Shown here piece after piece: positions 63,361 through 64,000 of a stretch of 64,000 nucleotides of DNA; position 1 is the stretch's first letter; every line of letters begins with the position of its first letter. Location: contig CBDCJO010000002.1 of the NCBI GenBank assembly GCA_965217865.1, positions 4,192,001 through 4,256,000 on the forward strand, in the 5' to 3' direction. The translations under genes were made by a program, and so were the position numbers. The notes below the pieces were generated by a model. That model saw only the letters and a program-made list of their open reading frames with translations. It was not told where the DNA came from and made no database searches. Source of the DNA: Candidatus Latescibacterota bacterium. GTDB lineage: Bacteria > Latescibacterota > UBA2968 > SICM01.

Positions 63361-64000
63361 TTAAACCCTTTCCACCGTAAGCGTCGAGCCATCCACAGCC
63401 TTGACTCGGACCTTCGAACCTGACTCCAACATCTCTTCCGAAACGGCATTCCAGTACTCCCCGTGCACGACGACCATGCCCTCCTCGTGGACGGCTGTGC
63501 GGGTTTTGCCGATCTTCCCCACCATGTCGTCCACACCGGTCACGGGTTTGCGTTTCTGGGCCCGGACTCCAAGCCCCAACGCAACCAGAATGAAAACCGC
63601 GGTACCGGCCACAGCAGGGACAATCACCGCCCAGGAGACCCGAAGGAACGGCTCCGGCGACTCAAACAGCATTGCGGATCCCAGGCCCATGGCCACGACC
63701 CCACCGATGGTTAGCGCCCCGTGCGATACGATCTGTACCTCCAGGATCAACATCACAACCCCGACGATAATCAGGATAAGCCCCGCATAGTTGATCGAAA
63801 GGGTCTGAAAAGAGAAGAACGCCAGGATGATACAGATGCTGCCGATCACACCCGGAAAGATCGATCCCGGGCTGTAGATCTCGAACAGGAGTCCGTAGAA
63901 TCCAAGCATCATCAAGACGTAGGCGACATTCGGGTCGGAAAGGGTGGCCAGAAACCGCTGCCGCAAACCCATCCGTCTGGTCACGACTTCCAGCCCGCTC
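63361..64000 (-). CDS. nfeD: NfeD-family membrane protein (5' end outside the window)
   Basis: DPNVAYVLM..G.YGL.FE..PG...PG; C-terminal OB domain G.V.VHGEYW.A; adjacent to the SPFH gene. Confidence 0.88.
   Translation of the reverse strand, partial: SGLEVVTRRMGLRQRFLATLSDPNVAYVLMMLGFYGLLFEIYSPGSIFPGVIGSICIILAFFSFQTLSINYAGLILIIVGVVMLILEVQIVSHGALTIGGVVAMGLGSAMLFESPEPFLRVSWAVIVPAVAGTAVFILVALGLGVRAQKRKPVTGVDDMVGKIGKTRTAVHEEGMVVVHGEYWNAVSEEMLESGSKVRVKAVDGSTLTVERV

Overview
Bacterial window in two parts. Positions ~1-47,600 are a decaying accessory island. It holds many small GNAT, NUDIX, ankyrin, aminoglycoside-modifying-like and metabolic genes of mixed base composition, three near-identical IS1182/IS5-like copies, an IS3-like element, one intact and one internally deleted IS1595, and an IS110/IS1111 element. 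It also carries a minus-strand integron-type cassette array (~31.2-43.1 kb, 11 attC-like sites) headed by a probable attI and a co-oriented tyrosine-integrase remnant. Positions ~47,700-64,000 are intact housekeeping genes (dppA/B/C, desaturase, TPR, thyA, GT2s, radical SAM, SPFH/NfeD) separated by interspersed repeats. The main signal is flagellar motor/switch domains reused as modules in non-flagellar proteins, with no flagellar operon in the window: a soluble FliG_C-MotA fusion cassette, an aldo-keto reductase-FliG_C fusion, and an ECF sigma-FliM fusion that reads in frame once two IS are removed. Also notable are ~20-bp extended cassette-end stems with a positionally conserved G:T pair, and a Met-codon leader-peptide attenuator upstream of an accessory metG. 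All family calls come from motif recognition by eye; no database search was run.
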